Source: Nitrospirales bacterium (GTDB lineage Bacteria > Nitrospirota > Nitrospiria > Nitrospirales > UBA8639). Taken from it: DNA of 64,000 bases. Location of the stretch: assembly GCA_963555755.3 (NCBI GenBank), contig OY820905.2:4256001-4320000 (forward strand), given 5' to 3'. The translations under genes and the position numbers were made by a program. This document shows positions 9,300 to 18,452 of the stretch, in pieces. The number at the start of each line of letters is the position of its first letter. The stretch's first letter is position 1. The notes under the pieces are model-generated. The model saw nothing but the letters and a program-made list of their open reading frames with translations. It searched no databases and was not told the origin of the DNA.

Positions 9300-9328
9300 T
9301 TTGCACCATTCTGGTTGAGGGACTTTCA

Positions 9329-9775
9329 ATGAGTAAACCGTATTTAGAGCCTACACAGGAATCGGGAGCAGAACTGTTCTCACGCAATATTTCAGGTGAA
9401 ATTATCATGCTGAATCTTTTGCGATTTCGTGAAGTGGCAGATTATTCAGCGACACCAGCTTTAGCTCCGACTGAGAGTGTATCTGGAAGAGAGGCCTATC
9501 AGAACTATATCGATCACACCTTGCCATTTCTGAGAGAAAGTGGCGGAGAACTGGTCTTGTTGGGTGAAGGGGGGAAATACTTAATCGGCCCCCAAGACGA
9601 ATATTGGGATGTCGTGATGCTGGTTCGCCAAGGATCCTTGGACGTGTTTATGGCATTTGCGTCAAATGAAGGGTACTTAGCAGGCATTGGTCATCGAATG
9701 GCTGCGCTAGAAGACTCTCGCCTCTTACCGCTTGTAGAATGTAAAGACTGCAACGTCATAAAGTCCTCGATTTGA
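9329..9775 (+). CDS. DUF1330-like protein
   Basis: MLNLLRFR..ADY...SGREAY..Y...GP.DE.WD...HR.AALEDSRL. Confidence 0.75.
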   Translation: MSKPYLEPTQESGAELFSRNISGEIIMLNLLRFREVADYSATPALAPTESVSGREAYQNYIDHTLPFLRESGGELVLLGEGGKYLIGPQDEYWDVVMLVRQGSLDVFMAFASNEGYLAGIGHRMAALEDSRLLPLVECKDCNVIKSSI

Positions 9776-9946
9776 CCCTGTCGGCCTTGCTCCAATTCTG
9801 AGATTTCGTTTACGTTTTTTTGCAATAGAAGCTCATGGCAAAAGAATATTTGGAGAAATTGTCGGTCTTCATAGAAAAGGCCACATGTGATTATTCTAAA
9901 AATATCGTAACTACTCAGGTCAATTTTCTATAGCCTGATTTTTTTC

Positions 9947-9975
9947 TGGACTAACGGCTCCACCCATGGCATAAT
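9947..9975 (+). promoter_or_regulatory. Sigma70-like promoter inside the IS left end, probably giving a leaderless transcript
   Basis: TGGACT-N17-CATAAT, then 7 nt to ATG 9983; no Shine-Dalgarno sequence. Confidence 0.5.
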
Positions 9976-9982
9976 CGGGGCC

Positions 9983-10870
9983 ATGAATGAAGCGATTACA
10001 TGTCAAGGTCGTCGCCTCCCCCAATCTGATCTGTGCTGGTTACGCCATCTGGTTTGCCGGCACCCTGACTGGAGCCGCCATAAAATAACCCAGCATATTT
10101 GTCGGCACTGGGGCTGGCAGACCCCGTCCGGACAACTGAAAACCTTTGCCGCCCGCAGCATGATCGACAAACTCGAACATCGCGGGCTCCTGAAGCTGCC
10201 CCCGATTCGTGTCGCCTCTCGACGCAACATCTTCCCCCCTTTCCGAAAGGGGTTTATGCCTCCCGAAGCCCCGCACATCGACGCAGCTCTCAAGACCCTG
10301 ACGCCCCTGTCCATTCATATTCCAACCTCACATTCCTACGAAGCCAGTTGTGTGGGATATTACCTGAGCCACCATCACTACCTCGGGTTCACCCGAACGG
10401 TCGGTGAACATCTCAAGTACCTGGTGCGGGATCGCTCCGGGCAGGATCTGGCCTGCCTCCTCTTCGGTTCCGCCGCCTGGAAAACCACCCCGCGCGACAC
10501 CTTTATCGGCTGGGAGCCGGACACCCGAGCCGCCAACCTCAACTTCATGACCAACAATACCCGCTTTCTCATCCTGCCCTGGGTGCGTGTGCCGCATCTG
10601 GCCAGCCATCTCCTGGGCCGGGTCATGAGACGTCTCCGGCAGGACTGGATCGAGAAATACGGCCATCCCGTCCACTTGGTGGAGACCTTTGTGGAGCGAG
10701 ACCGCTTCAAAGGTATCTGCTATCAGGCCGCGAACTGGCTCTATGTCGGGCAGACCAAAGGCCGGTCCCGGCAGGACCGTGACAAGGCTCTGCGCGTGCC
10801 GGTGAAGGCAATTTATCTCTATCCCCTCATCCGCCACTTCCGACAGGCCCTCTGCCGGAGCAAGCCATGA
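9983..10870 (+). CDS. DUF4338 (Druantia DruA-like) protein
   Basis: HHYLG...GEHLKYLV...ACLLFGSAAWK...RD.FIGW...NNTRFLILPWV...LAS...DW...YG...ETFV...GICYQAANW..VG.T.G. Confidence 0.85.
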   Translation: MNEAITCQGRRLPQSDLCWLRHLVCRHPDWSRHKITQHICRHWGWQTPSGQLKTFAARSMIDKLEHRGLLKLPPIRVASRRNIFPPFRKGFMPPEAPHIDAALKTLTPLSIHIPTSHSYEASCVGYYLSHHHYLGFTRTVGEHLKYLVRDRSGQDLACLLFGSAAWKTTPRDTFIGWEPDTRAANLNFMTNNTRFLILPWVRVPHLASHLLGRVMRRLRQDWIEKYGHPVHLVETFVERDRFKGICYQAANWLYVGQTKGRSRQDRDKALRVPVKAIYLYPLIRHFRQALCRSKP

Positions 10871-12315
10871 CCTTCACCCGCGACGCACTCCTCATCCTGG
10901 CCAAGAGCAACCCCGAGGCGCTCGTCGAACTGATCCTGGCGCTGCAGGAACAGGGGCAGGCGCTGACCACGCATGTCACCGAACTGGCACAGCGGCTCGA
11001 CCAACACAGTCGCAACAGCAGCAAACCGCCCTCGTCCGATGGACCGGCCAAGCCCCGAACCAAGAGCCTGCGCATACCTTCCGGGAAAAAGCCGGGCGGC
11101 CAACAGGGACATGCCGGCCAGACGTTAAAACAGGTGGAAACCCCAGACCACCTGGTCCACCTGCCTGTTCACTCCTGTTCCTGCCATGCCGACCTCACCA
11201 ACGAGACGGTCACCGGCTATGAACGCCGGCAGCTCTTTGAACTGCCGGAGCCAAAACTCGACGTCACCGAATATCGGGGAGCAATCAAAACCTGCCCCCA
11301 ATGCGGCCGCTCGGTCACGGCGTCATTTCCTGATGACCTGCCTGCGCCGGCACAGTACGGTCCCAGATTTCGCAGCCTCCTGGTCTACCTCCAGAACCAA
11401 CAGTTGATCCCCTTACGCCGTGTCAGCCAGATGATGGCTGATCTGTATGGCGCCTCGGTCAGCGACGCCACCATTGACGAGGCCTCCCGCCGAAGTTATG
11501 AGCACCTCGCGCCGTTCGAGACTGCGGTCAAAGAAGCGCTCGGCAAGAGTCCCATCCTCCATGCCGATGAAAGCGGCGTCCGCACGGCCGGGACGCTCCA
11601 CTGGCTCCACAGTGCCAGCACGGCCACGTTGACCTTTTACGGTGTGCACGCCAAACGGGGAAGAGAGGCGATCGAGCAGTTCCAGATCCTCCCGGATTTT
11701 GCTGGCCGCCTGATCCACGATTTCTGGAAACCCTATCTCTCCTATGACTGTGCCCACGGCCTCTGTAACGCCCATCATTTGCGGGAACTCACGTGCCTGT
11801 TCGAGCAGCACGAACAACCATGGGCCAAACACATGTTTGACCTGTTGCTGACGATGAACGTGTTTGTCAGCAAGCAACTCGCACAGTTAACGGAAGAACA
11901 GAAAACCCCCTGGCTGAAACAATACAGGGATCTTCTCACCCTCGGATGGCAGGCCAACCCCCTTCCGGCACCGCCACAGAAAAAGTCACGAGGCCGGCCC
12001 AAAAAGACCAAGGCCCAAAATCTCCTCACCCGTCTTGGCGAGCATGAAGCCTCCGTGCTCGCGTTCCTCCATGACAGACAGGTTCCCTTCACTAATAATC
12101 TGGCAGAACAGGATATCCGCATGATCAAGCTCCGCCTCAAAATATCCGGGTGTTTTCGAACGCTTCAAGGCGCGAGGCAGTTCGCCCGCATACGAAGCTA
12201 CCTTTCTACCGCGAGAAAGCAGGGCGGCAACATGCTGCAAGCCATTTCACAAGCCATGATCGGCCACCCCTTTATGCCTGCACAATTCACTACAAAGATC
12301 ATCACACCTGAGTAG
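10867..12315 (+). CDS. IS66-family DDE transposase (TnpC)
   Basis: NSSKPPSSD, GGQ.GH.G, CPQCG, HADESG, CNAHHLREL, TNNLAEQDIR; ATGA overlap with the DUF4338 gene. Confidence 0.95.
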   Translation: MTFTRDALLILAKSNPEALVELILALQEQGQALTTHVTELAQRLDQHSRNSSKPPSSDGPAKPRTKSLRIPSGKKPGGQQGHAGQTLKQVETPDHLVHLPVHSCSCHADLTNETVTGYERRQLFELPEPKLDVTEYRGAIKTCPQCGRSVTASFPDDLPAPAQYGPRFRSLLVYLQNQQLIPLRRVSQMMADLYGASVSDATIDEASRRSYEHLAPFETAVKEALGKSPILHADESGVRTAGTLHWLHSASTATLTFYGVHAKRGREAIEQFQILPDFAGRLIHDFWKPYLSYDCAHGLCNAHHLRELTCLFEQHEQPWAKHMFDLLLTMNVFVSKQLAQLTEEQKTPWLKQYRDLLTLGWQANPLPAPPQKKSRGRPKKTKAQNLLTRLGEHEASVLAFLHDRQVPFTNNLAEQDIRMIKLRLKISGCFRTLQGARQFARIRSYLSTARKQGGNMLQAISQAMIGHPFMPAQFTTKIITPE

Positions 12316-12716
12316 TTACAAAATATCAATCTTGAATGCAAGCACTTCTTTAGTGGTGCTGCACTGTATGCGGATGAAGGAATCTGTATATCGTTAACCC
12401 CAGTTGGATTAGCCATGAAACTTCCAGAGGAAACCAAAGCAAGACTGTTAAAAATTAAGAAGGCCATCCCTCTGAGATACTTTCCAAAAGGTCCAATAAA
12501 AAAAGAGTATGTTCTGTTTCCCGGTGGCGTAGCAAAGGGTGGGAAGGTATTACAAAAATACGTGAAAGACAGTATCGAGTATGTGCTCACCTTTCCCAAG
12601 CCTAAAAGAAAGCAGTGAAAAGGTCATTTTTTGTTGAGAGATTTTCCGGAAGACTGCGATCTGCGGCCTCAGTATCCAGTGGAATAGTCAGGAAAGACAG
12701 CCCTTTACCAAATGGT

Positions 12717-12758
12717 GTATAACAAGTCCCTGGAGGAGATGCAGCGAAAAGGTTAAAC
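12717..12758 (+). other. Internally deleted (42-bp) attC-like site
   Basis: GTATAAC AAGTCCCTGGAG...GTTAAAC immediately before ATG 12761. Confidence 0.45.
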
Positions 12759-12760
12759 CT

Positions 12761-13084
12761 ATGAATAAGATCCATATTGCTCTTGCAACCAACGACATAG
12801 AAGGAACCGTTAAAGATTACAGTCAGCGTCTAGGCTGTGCTCCGTGTGTTGTGGTTCCAAATCAATATGCGTTATGGCGCACAGAATCCATAAATATGTC
12901 CGTACGACAAGACTCTTCTTGTAAGCCTGGAGAACTACGTCACCTAGGGTGGGAAGATGCAGAAGCGGAGAAAATGTCGTCGGAAAAGGATGTCAATGAT
13001 ATTGTGTGGGAACACTTCTCTGCGGAGCAGCAATCTGATGAAATAGAAGAAGCGTGGCCCGGAACAGGATATATTCCTCAATAG
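12761..13084 (+). CDS. Small VOC-fold-like hypothetical protein
   Basis: IHIALA...YALWR...LRHLGWE...D.N.IVWE. Confidence 0.65.
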   Translation: MNKIHIALATNDIEGTVKDYSQRLGCAPCVVVPNQYALWRTESINMSVRQDSSCKPGELRHLGWEDAEAEKMSSEKDVNDIVWEHFSAEQQSDEIEEAWPGTGYIPQ

Positions 13085-13154
13085 TTTTTGCAAAAATTAA
13101 ATCAATCGTCACATTCAGGAAGCTGAATGTTTCAGATGAAAGGAATGATCGACT

Positions 13155-13625
13155 ATGTCTTTATTGATTGGTGAAAATTCCGTTGTCAGCATGCATTATA
13201 AGCTCACTGACAATGATGGAAAGGTGGTGGATAGCTCAGAGGGCTCCAAGCCATTGGTGTACTTACACGGGGCGGGGAATATCGTGCCCGGCTTGGAAAA
13301 GGCACTGGTTGGGAAAGGAGAAGGAGATTCTCTGAAGGTGAGGGTTGAGCCTGCTGAAGGCTATGGAGAGGCCAATCCAGACGGCATCAAGACCATCGAA
13401 CGAGCGGCGTTTGAGGGGGTCGAGTCCGTTGAAGAAGGAATGACCTTTGAGGCACAAGCGCCGGACGGCAGCCCGCAAAGTATTGTGGTGAAAAAAGTGG
13501 ACGGTGATCAAGTCACCATTGATACCAATCATCCCCTAGCCGGTGTCGTGCTGAATTTTGATATTCAAATTGTCAGTGTGCGGAAATCGACGGAAGAAGA
13601 ACGCACCCACGGCCATGCTCACTAG
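13155..13625 (+). CDS. slyD: FKBP-type peptidyl-prolyl isomerase, SlyD-like
   Basis: YLHG.GNIVPGLEKAL.G, DTNHPLAG..LNF, HGHAH tail. Confidence 0.92.
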   Translation: MSLLIGENSVVSMHYKLTDNDGKVVDSSEGSKPLVYLHGAGNIVPGLEKALVGKGEGDSLKVRVEPAEGYGEANPDGIKTIERAAFEGVESVEEGMTFEAQAPDGSPQSIVVKKVDGDQVTIDTNHPLAGVVLNFDIQIVSVRKSTEEERTHGHAH

Positions 13626-13870
13626 CATTGTGTACAAATATATGAAAAAGTCTTTTGGCCAGATTTTTTCGTTGGGGCGGGGGTGGAAAGTTTGATGGCA
13701 ATCAGTCATCAAAAGATGTGCCCGCAATCTTTAATTCTGTGGAAAAGCAGGCCCTGGCTACCCTTGGCAAGTAAGTCAATACTCATGCCTAACCCCACAC
13801 CTTTCGGGAAGCACGTGGTGCACTCATGTTTTAATGTGGGGGGAATTAGTTCTTGTGGGATAAGTTCAAT

Positions 13871-15949
13871 TTACGAGGGATGTGGTGTTGCAAGACCTGA
13901 GGTGGACATTTCGTTGTGCCGTTGATCCTTAAAGCTGACACTATTAATAAAAATTTCACATTTGGCAAGTGCATGTTCTTCTGATAATTTGTGGTAACAA
14001 CCAATGACAAATTCTCTTTTAATTTTATCGCCTTCTTCTGATATAAACTCTTCTTTCCCCTCTGGTATGACTTTACGAATTGTTTGATGCCTGGTATTTA
14101 TCACAACCGTTGCGGAAAAATCACCAGACCTATTTGATATTTCATCCCATTGAGACTTGTATTTATCAGAGCTGAACTTGCTCGGTGAATAAAATTTTTG
14201 AATTCGAAAATGAGCATCAACACCTTTTTGCGGGAATAACTCAAACAACAAAAGTTCTTCCTCAAGAAGGTTCTTGTTTGAATACCCGAAATGAAAATGG
14301 AGACTGGTTTTTTCATTCATTTTATTACTTTTTAAATCAAGCTTGAAATTATTCAGTTCAATCTGTAGAGACCCATCATGTAAGTTTATCCTGCTATTAT
14401 TGAACGCTGCAGGGAGATAATTTTTACCCAGAGACAAATATTCTATCCAATCATATAGCCCTCCTTCATAACCAACGGCAACCTCATTTAAATTCTCTTT
14501 CATAAGACTTAAATAGCCTGTACGTAAAGACCAGGTTTTTTTAATGTCAATATTGCAGATCACCCCTTTGGGATAGGCCAAGCAATGGCTGTAAACAAAA
14601 GAATCACTATGCGGTCTGTACCATAATGAAGAGATCCATGGCCTGCCCAGTTTGTCTTCCCAGAATTCAATCGTTTCTGGATCCCCAAGACTGACCAGTC
14701 TGATTTTTTCTACATCGAAATTTCGGGTTAAGGGCAATGCTTTCAGCAAATTATCCATTACCCACTTTGGACTTGACAGAAAAGCTTCCAGGGTGAGGTC
14801 ATTTGGTTTTTCTATTATCACATGGAAAGTTGAAAGATCACTCTTACTTAAAGTGATCTTCTGGTCTTCAGCTATTGGAATGGACTTGGTTGAATAGCTG
14901 TTCAAACTCCATATATTAAAATCGGCGTCAGATTTTAATACCCCAAAATGCCGGATATAAATCTGATTCCTGAGATACGCACGGAATCTTTTTCCCTTTG
15001 GGAAATAATCATCCTCATATTTTTTGTAAACCCCTGATGAAACCTTTTCATAAAAAGAATGTAAAGAGTTTTGTGCTTTACTTGCAAGGCTTTGTATAGT
15101 ATCCGGTAATTCAAATTGCTCCAACCAATCCATGGAATAGGCGTTCTGGCTACCATTTAAATTCGTTGAGATATTTCTAATGTAGAATTCTGCTGTATCT
15201 TTTAAATTTGAGATTTCATTAATTGGGACAGCTACATTATAATTTTCATTTTCATTTTTCTTGATAATCAAACCCACCACTTTTCCATCGACGTCAAGAA
15301 GTGGGCCTCCACTATTACCCGGTGATGCGGGAGAGGTAAACCTTATATTTTTCCACTTTCCGAATTCTGGTTCTGACGTGAAAGATGCCACCTGGCCAGC
15401 CCGAAAGGATATGCCTTCTCCTTGCGCATTTCCGACTGAAAACACCGTATCTCCTATTTCAACATTCTTTGAAATATCAAGCCTTAAAATGGTTTCAGGA
15501 TATTTCTCAAGCTCAAAAACAATCATATCCCGTATTGAAGAGAATTTTTTTATTTGACCAATTTTATATGTGCGACCATTTGAATCACGGATATAAAAAT
15601 CTTGTAAAAGGGAAAAATACTCCAGATTTAGCACGTGTGCGGCCGTCATTAATTCCTTATCATTTAAAAAGAAAGCAGTTCCGATGCTGAAGTAATTTTC
15701 GTTTCGTTCCTTAAAACTTAATTTCTCAAAAGGCAGTTCCCTGGCATATTTTATCCTTTTACTTTCAATTTTCGGGACGACGATTTCAAAGACGCTAAAC
15801 CTCAGGCTTTTAATAACCTGTTTGTCGAGGAATTTGATATTATTTGCTGCTCCGGCAATAAGCGGACAAAGTAAAAGAAGGGATAAAAACATGAACCTGA
15901 AGAGCGCTTGAATTTTATAGAATCCAGTATGTTGTAAATTAAATATCAT
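13871..15949 (-). CDS. Exported trypsin-like (S1) serine protease with a long uncharacterised C-terminal region
   Basis: Signal peptide; GTAFF, TAAHV, RDMIVF, SPGNSGGPL triad motifs; AT-rich coding sequence. Confidence 0.8.
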   Translation of the reverse strand: MIFNLQHTGFYKIQALFRFMFLSLLLLCPLIAGAANNIKFLDKQVIKSLRFSVFEIVVPKIESKRIKYARELPFEKLSFKERNENYFSIGTAFFLNDKELMTAAHVLNLEYFSLLQDFYIRDSNGRTYKIGQIKKFSSIRDMIVFELEKYPETILRLDISKNVEIGDTVFSVGNAQGEGISFRAGQVASFTSEPEFGKWKNIRFTSPASPGNSGGPLLDVDGKVVGLIIKKNENENYNVAVPINEISNLKDTAEFYIRNISTNLNGSQNAYSMDWLEQFELPDTIQSLASKAQNSLHSFYEKVSSGVYKKYEDDYFPKGKRFRAYLRNQIYIRHFGVLKSDADFNIWSLNSYSTKSIPIAEDQKITLSKSDLSTFHVIIEKPNDLTLEAFLSSPKWVMDNLLKALPLTRNFDVEKIRLVSLGDPETIEFWEDKLGRPWISSLWYRPHSDSFVYSHCLAYPKGVICNIDIKKTWSLRTGYLSLMKENLNEVAVGYEGGLYDWIEYLSLGKNYLPAAFNNSRINLHDGSLQIELNNFKLDLKSNKMNEKTSLHFHFGYSNKNLLEEELLLFELFPQKGVDAHFRIQKFYSPSKFSSDKYKSQWDEISNRSGDFSATVVINTRHQTIRKVIPEGKEEFISEEGDKIKREFVIGCYHKLSEEHALAKCEIFINSVSFKDQRHNEMSTSGLATPHPS

Positions 15950-16399
15950 CTATGTGAACCTATATTACGGGTTATATTCCAGGTATTCTATCTCTGTTAT
16001 TCATCGACGTTATCTTGTTTGACCTGAGTATAGCCTTTAATTTGATTGAAAATCTAACGTTTAAAAACTTCAATAATTTTGAAAATAGGAAAAACTAACA
16101 GCCTTGTGGCTGATCAGAGAACATGGATTCAAACCTTAAATGCAAAATTAGCGTGAATGTAAAATGCAAAAATGTGGGGAAACCTATTTGCCAATTAACT
16201 AACCTACTCTTTACTTCCTTCATTCCGAGGCCGATCAGCATTCAATAGTCATAATTAGGGTTTGGTGCGAATTAAATAATTCCGGTTTGATCATAAATAT
16301 CACCAAGTATCCTAACTTGATAAAACCGAAAAACATCAGATGTTCTTCAGCCTGAATGTGGGTGGTCGTTTTGCCGTGCGGTCCCTGCTCCTTTCTTCC

Positions 16400-16536
16400 C
16401 CATTCATGCTCCACTTTCATGGTCTGAGGTGGTTCTTCATCGCCTCGATTGCGACCTTTGTTTTGAACTCGGTGCGAGTGCGCTTTCGTTTTCTGGTATG
16501 CCAAAACTTCTTCCGCAATGATTGAAAGATCTTCAT
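16400..16536 (-). pseudogene. IS3-family OrfA remnant
   Basis: The minus strand reads ...RKRKRTRTEFKTKVAIEAMK then stops; resembles the IS3 OrfA start RKR.S.EFK.KVA.EA. Confidence 0.4.
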
Positions 16537-16579
16537 CTCAACAATCTTATTGACTGCCTTCATATTGGAAGGCGGTCTT

Positions 16580-18334
16580 CTATTCGCGATCGATGCGGAC
16601 CTTGACTTTCTTTCCTTTAAGTCTGGTTCGGCTGAGGGCCTTTAGGATTCCCTGGGCCATTTCTTCCGGGACTCTCACTAGCGAAAAATGATCTTCTATT
16701 TTGATGGGGCCGATCATTTGCGAATTTGTCCCGGCCTCGTTGGCAATGGCGCCGACGAGATCTCCTGGCCGGATGCCTGCTGTTCGTCCGGCGCTGAAAT
16801 TTAGAGTCGCCAATTTTGTGGTACGGCTTCCACGATCTCGTTTTCCAAATGGTCGATCCGCTCCTCCTCGCGGCTTTGCGCCGCGGGGTTGTTCTGCCGG
16901 TTCCCGTCTCTGCCGCCGCGACACTTGTGATGTTTCTTGTTCGCGGTCTCGAATGACAGGAATCTCTTCTTCCTTTCGTTCCCCTGTTTTTGATCCATAG
17001 GCGAGTTGAATGGCGGCTGCGGCTACGTCCCCCGGGTCGAAATCTTCCGTGATTGCCTGGACGGTTTTTCGAAATCGGCCAAATTGATTGGCCGTGAGGA
17101 CTTCCTTAATGGAGGCTCCGATCCTTTCCAGTCGTTTGGCTTGGAGATCGGCGACCGTCGGGAGAGTAGCCATCTCGATTTTTGATTTCGTGAGACGTTC
17201 GATATTTTTCAGCAACCAGCGTTCGCGTGGTTCAACGAGCGTGAACGCTTCACCGCCACGTCCGGCCCGTCCGGTTCGTCCGATACGATGCACATAGCCT
17301 TCAGGAGACGCAGGGACGTCGTAATTCATCACATGCGATACGTGAGAGATATCCAGGCCTCGTGCAGCCACGTCCGTTGCGACCAACAGGTTGGTCTTTC
17401 CTGAGCGGAAGGAGGCCATCACGCGATCGCGTTGGGCCTGGTTCATTCCGCCATGAAGGCCTTCACCCCTGTGTCCACGGCTGTTAAGCATGGAGGTTAG
17501 CTCGTCGACTTCCAGGCGAGTTCGACAGAACACGAGGGTTGACGTCGGACTGGCCATATCCAGGATACGGGCCAGGGCCGCCACTTTGTGAGGTCGGGCG
17601 ACGAGGTAGGCCGTTTGGTGCACACGAGGTGCCACTCCGGTCTTCAATGGTTCTTTCACAATTTGAATATCAACTGGGTCTTGTAAATGGCGGCGTGCGA
17701 TGGACGCAATCCGTGGGGGCATGGTTGCCGAAAACAGTGCGGTCTGCCTGGTCGTGGGAGTCTGTTGAAGGATGGCGTCCAGATCTTCGGCGAACCCCAT
17801 ATTGAGCATCTCATCCGCCTCGTCCAGCACCATGATTTGCAAGTCCTTGAGCTGAAGGCTTTTTCGGCGGATATGATCCAGCGCTCGCCCTGGTGTCGCC
17901 ACAACGACATCAACGCCGCGTTTAAGGGCAATGAGTTGCGGTCGAATCGCCTGACCTCCATAGACTGCGAGTATGGCAATCCCTTGTTCTTTGCCATAGC
18001 GATGGACGGCTTCGCTCACTTGTATCGCCAATTCTCGTGTTGGCACGAGAATGAGAGCGAAAGGATTTTGCTGTCGCGTCGAATGGGCCAAGCGCTGGAG
18101 AAGAGGGAGCGTGAACGCGGCCGTCTTGCCTGTTCCTGTCGCGGCGTGACCCAGAAAGTCCCGTCCAGCCAATAATGGGGGGATGGCTTCCAGTTGAATT
18201 GGCGTGGGCTCTTCATATCCCAATGCCCCGAGCGTGGTGAGCAGTGTAGTTTCGAGTCCGAGAGATGCGAAGCCAGAGGGTAAGCCCTTTTTGGTCGGAG
18301 CCGTGGGTTGGTGGGTCGAGTCGTGTTTTTTCAT
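16580..18334 (-). CDS. deaD: DEAD-box RNA helicase with DbpA RNA-binding domain
   Basis: TGTGKT, PTRELA, DEAD, SAT, ARGLD, HRIGRTGRAG; C-terminal GIRPGDLVGAIANE. Confidence 0.95.
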   Translation of the reverse strand: MKKHDSTHQPTAPTKKGLPSGFASLGLETTLLTTLGALGYEEPTPIQLEAIPPLLAGRDFLGHAATGTGKTAAFTLPLLQRLAHSTRQQNPFALILVPTRELAIQVSEAVHRYGKEQGIAILAVYGGQAIRPQLIALKRGVDVVVATPGRALDHIRRKSLQLKDLQIMVLDEADEMLNMGFAEDLDAILQQTPTTRQTALFSATMPPRIASIARRHLQDPVDIQIVKEPLKTGVAPRVHQTAYLVARPHKVAALARILDMASPTSTLVFCRTRLEVDELTSMLNSRGHRGEGLHGGMNQAQRDRVMASFRSGKTNLLVATDVAARGLDISHVSHVMNYDVPASPEGYVHRIGRTGRAGRGGEAFTLVEPRERWLLKNIERLTKSKIEMATLPTVADLQAKRLERIGASIKEVLTANQFGRFRKTVQAITEDFDPGDVAAAAIQLAYGSKTGERKEEEIPVIRDREQETSQVSRRQRREPAEQPRGAKPRGGADRPFGKRDRGSRTTKLATLNFSAGRTAGIRPGDLVGAIANEAGTNSQMIGPIKIEDHFSLVRVPEEMAQGILKALSRTRLKGKKVKVRIDRE

Positions 18335-18452
18335 GGACTATATGGTTAACCTTTCTGTATTGGGTATTGGTGCCAACTCATTTCATTGGGCACAAGGCCC
18401 ATCCAAATAGTTGAATGAGTGGAAGATTTTAATAATGAATTTCTGGAAAATT

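Larger units (their letters stand above)
9907..12319 (+). mobile_element. IS66-family element carrying a DUF4338/DruA-like gene plus tnpC
   Basis: 14-bp perfect inverted repeats GTAACTACTCAGGT / ACCTGAGTAGTTAC; 8-bp target duplication AAAATATC at 9899-9906 and 12320-12327; visibly GC-richer than the flanks. Confidence 0.93.
9835..12618 (+). pseudogene. TfoX-like protein (copy 2) split by the IS66-family element
   Basis: Joining 9835-9906 to 12328-12618 gives MAKEYLEKLSVFIEKATCDYSKNINLECKHFFSGAALY...PKPKRKQ, collinear with 6766-7131. Confidence 0.9.

Noticed and set aside
9983..10870. Druantia anti-phage system
   Set aside because: Only a DruA-like gene is present, inside IS ends; no DruE helicase or other dru genes are in the window.
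16552..16577. Intrinsic terminator after deaD
   Set aside because: A hairpin is present but there is no U-tract on the minus strand.
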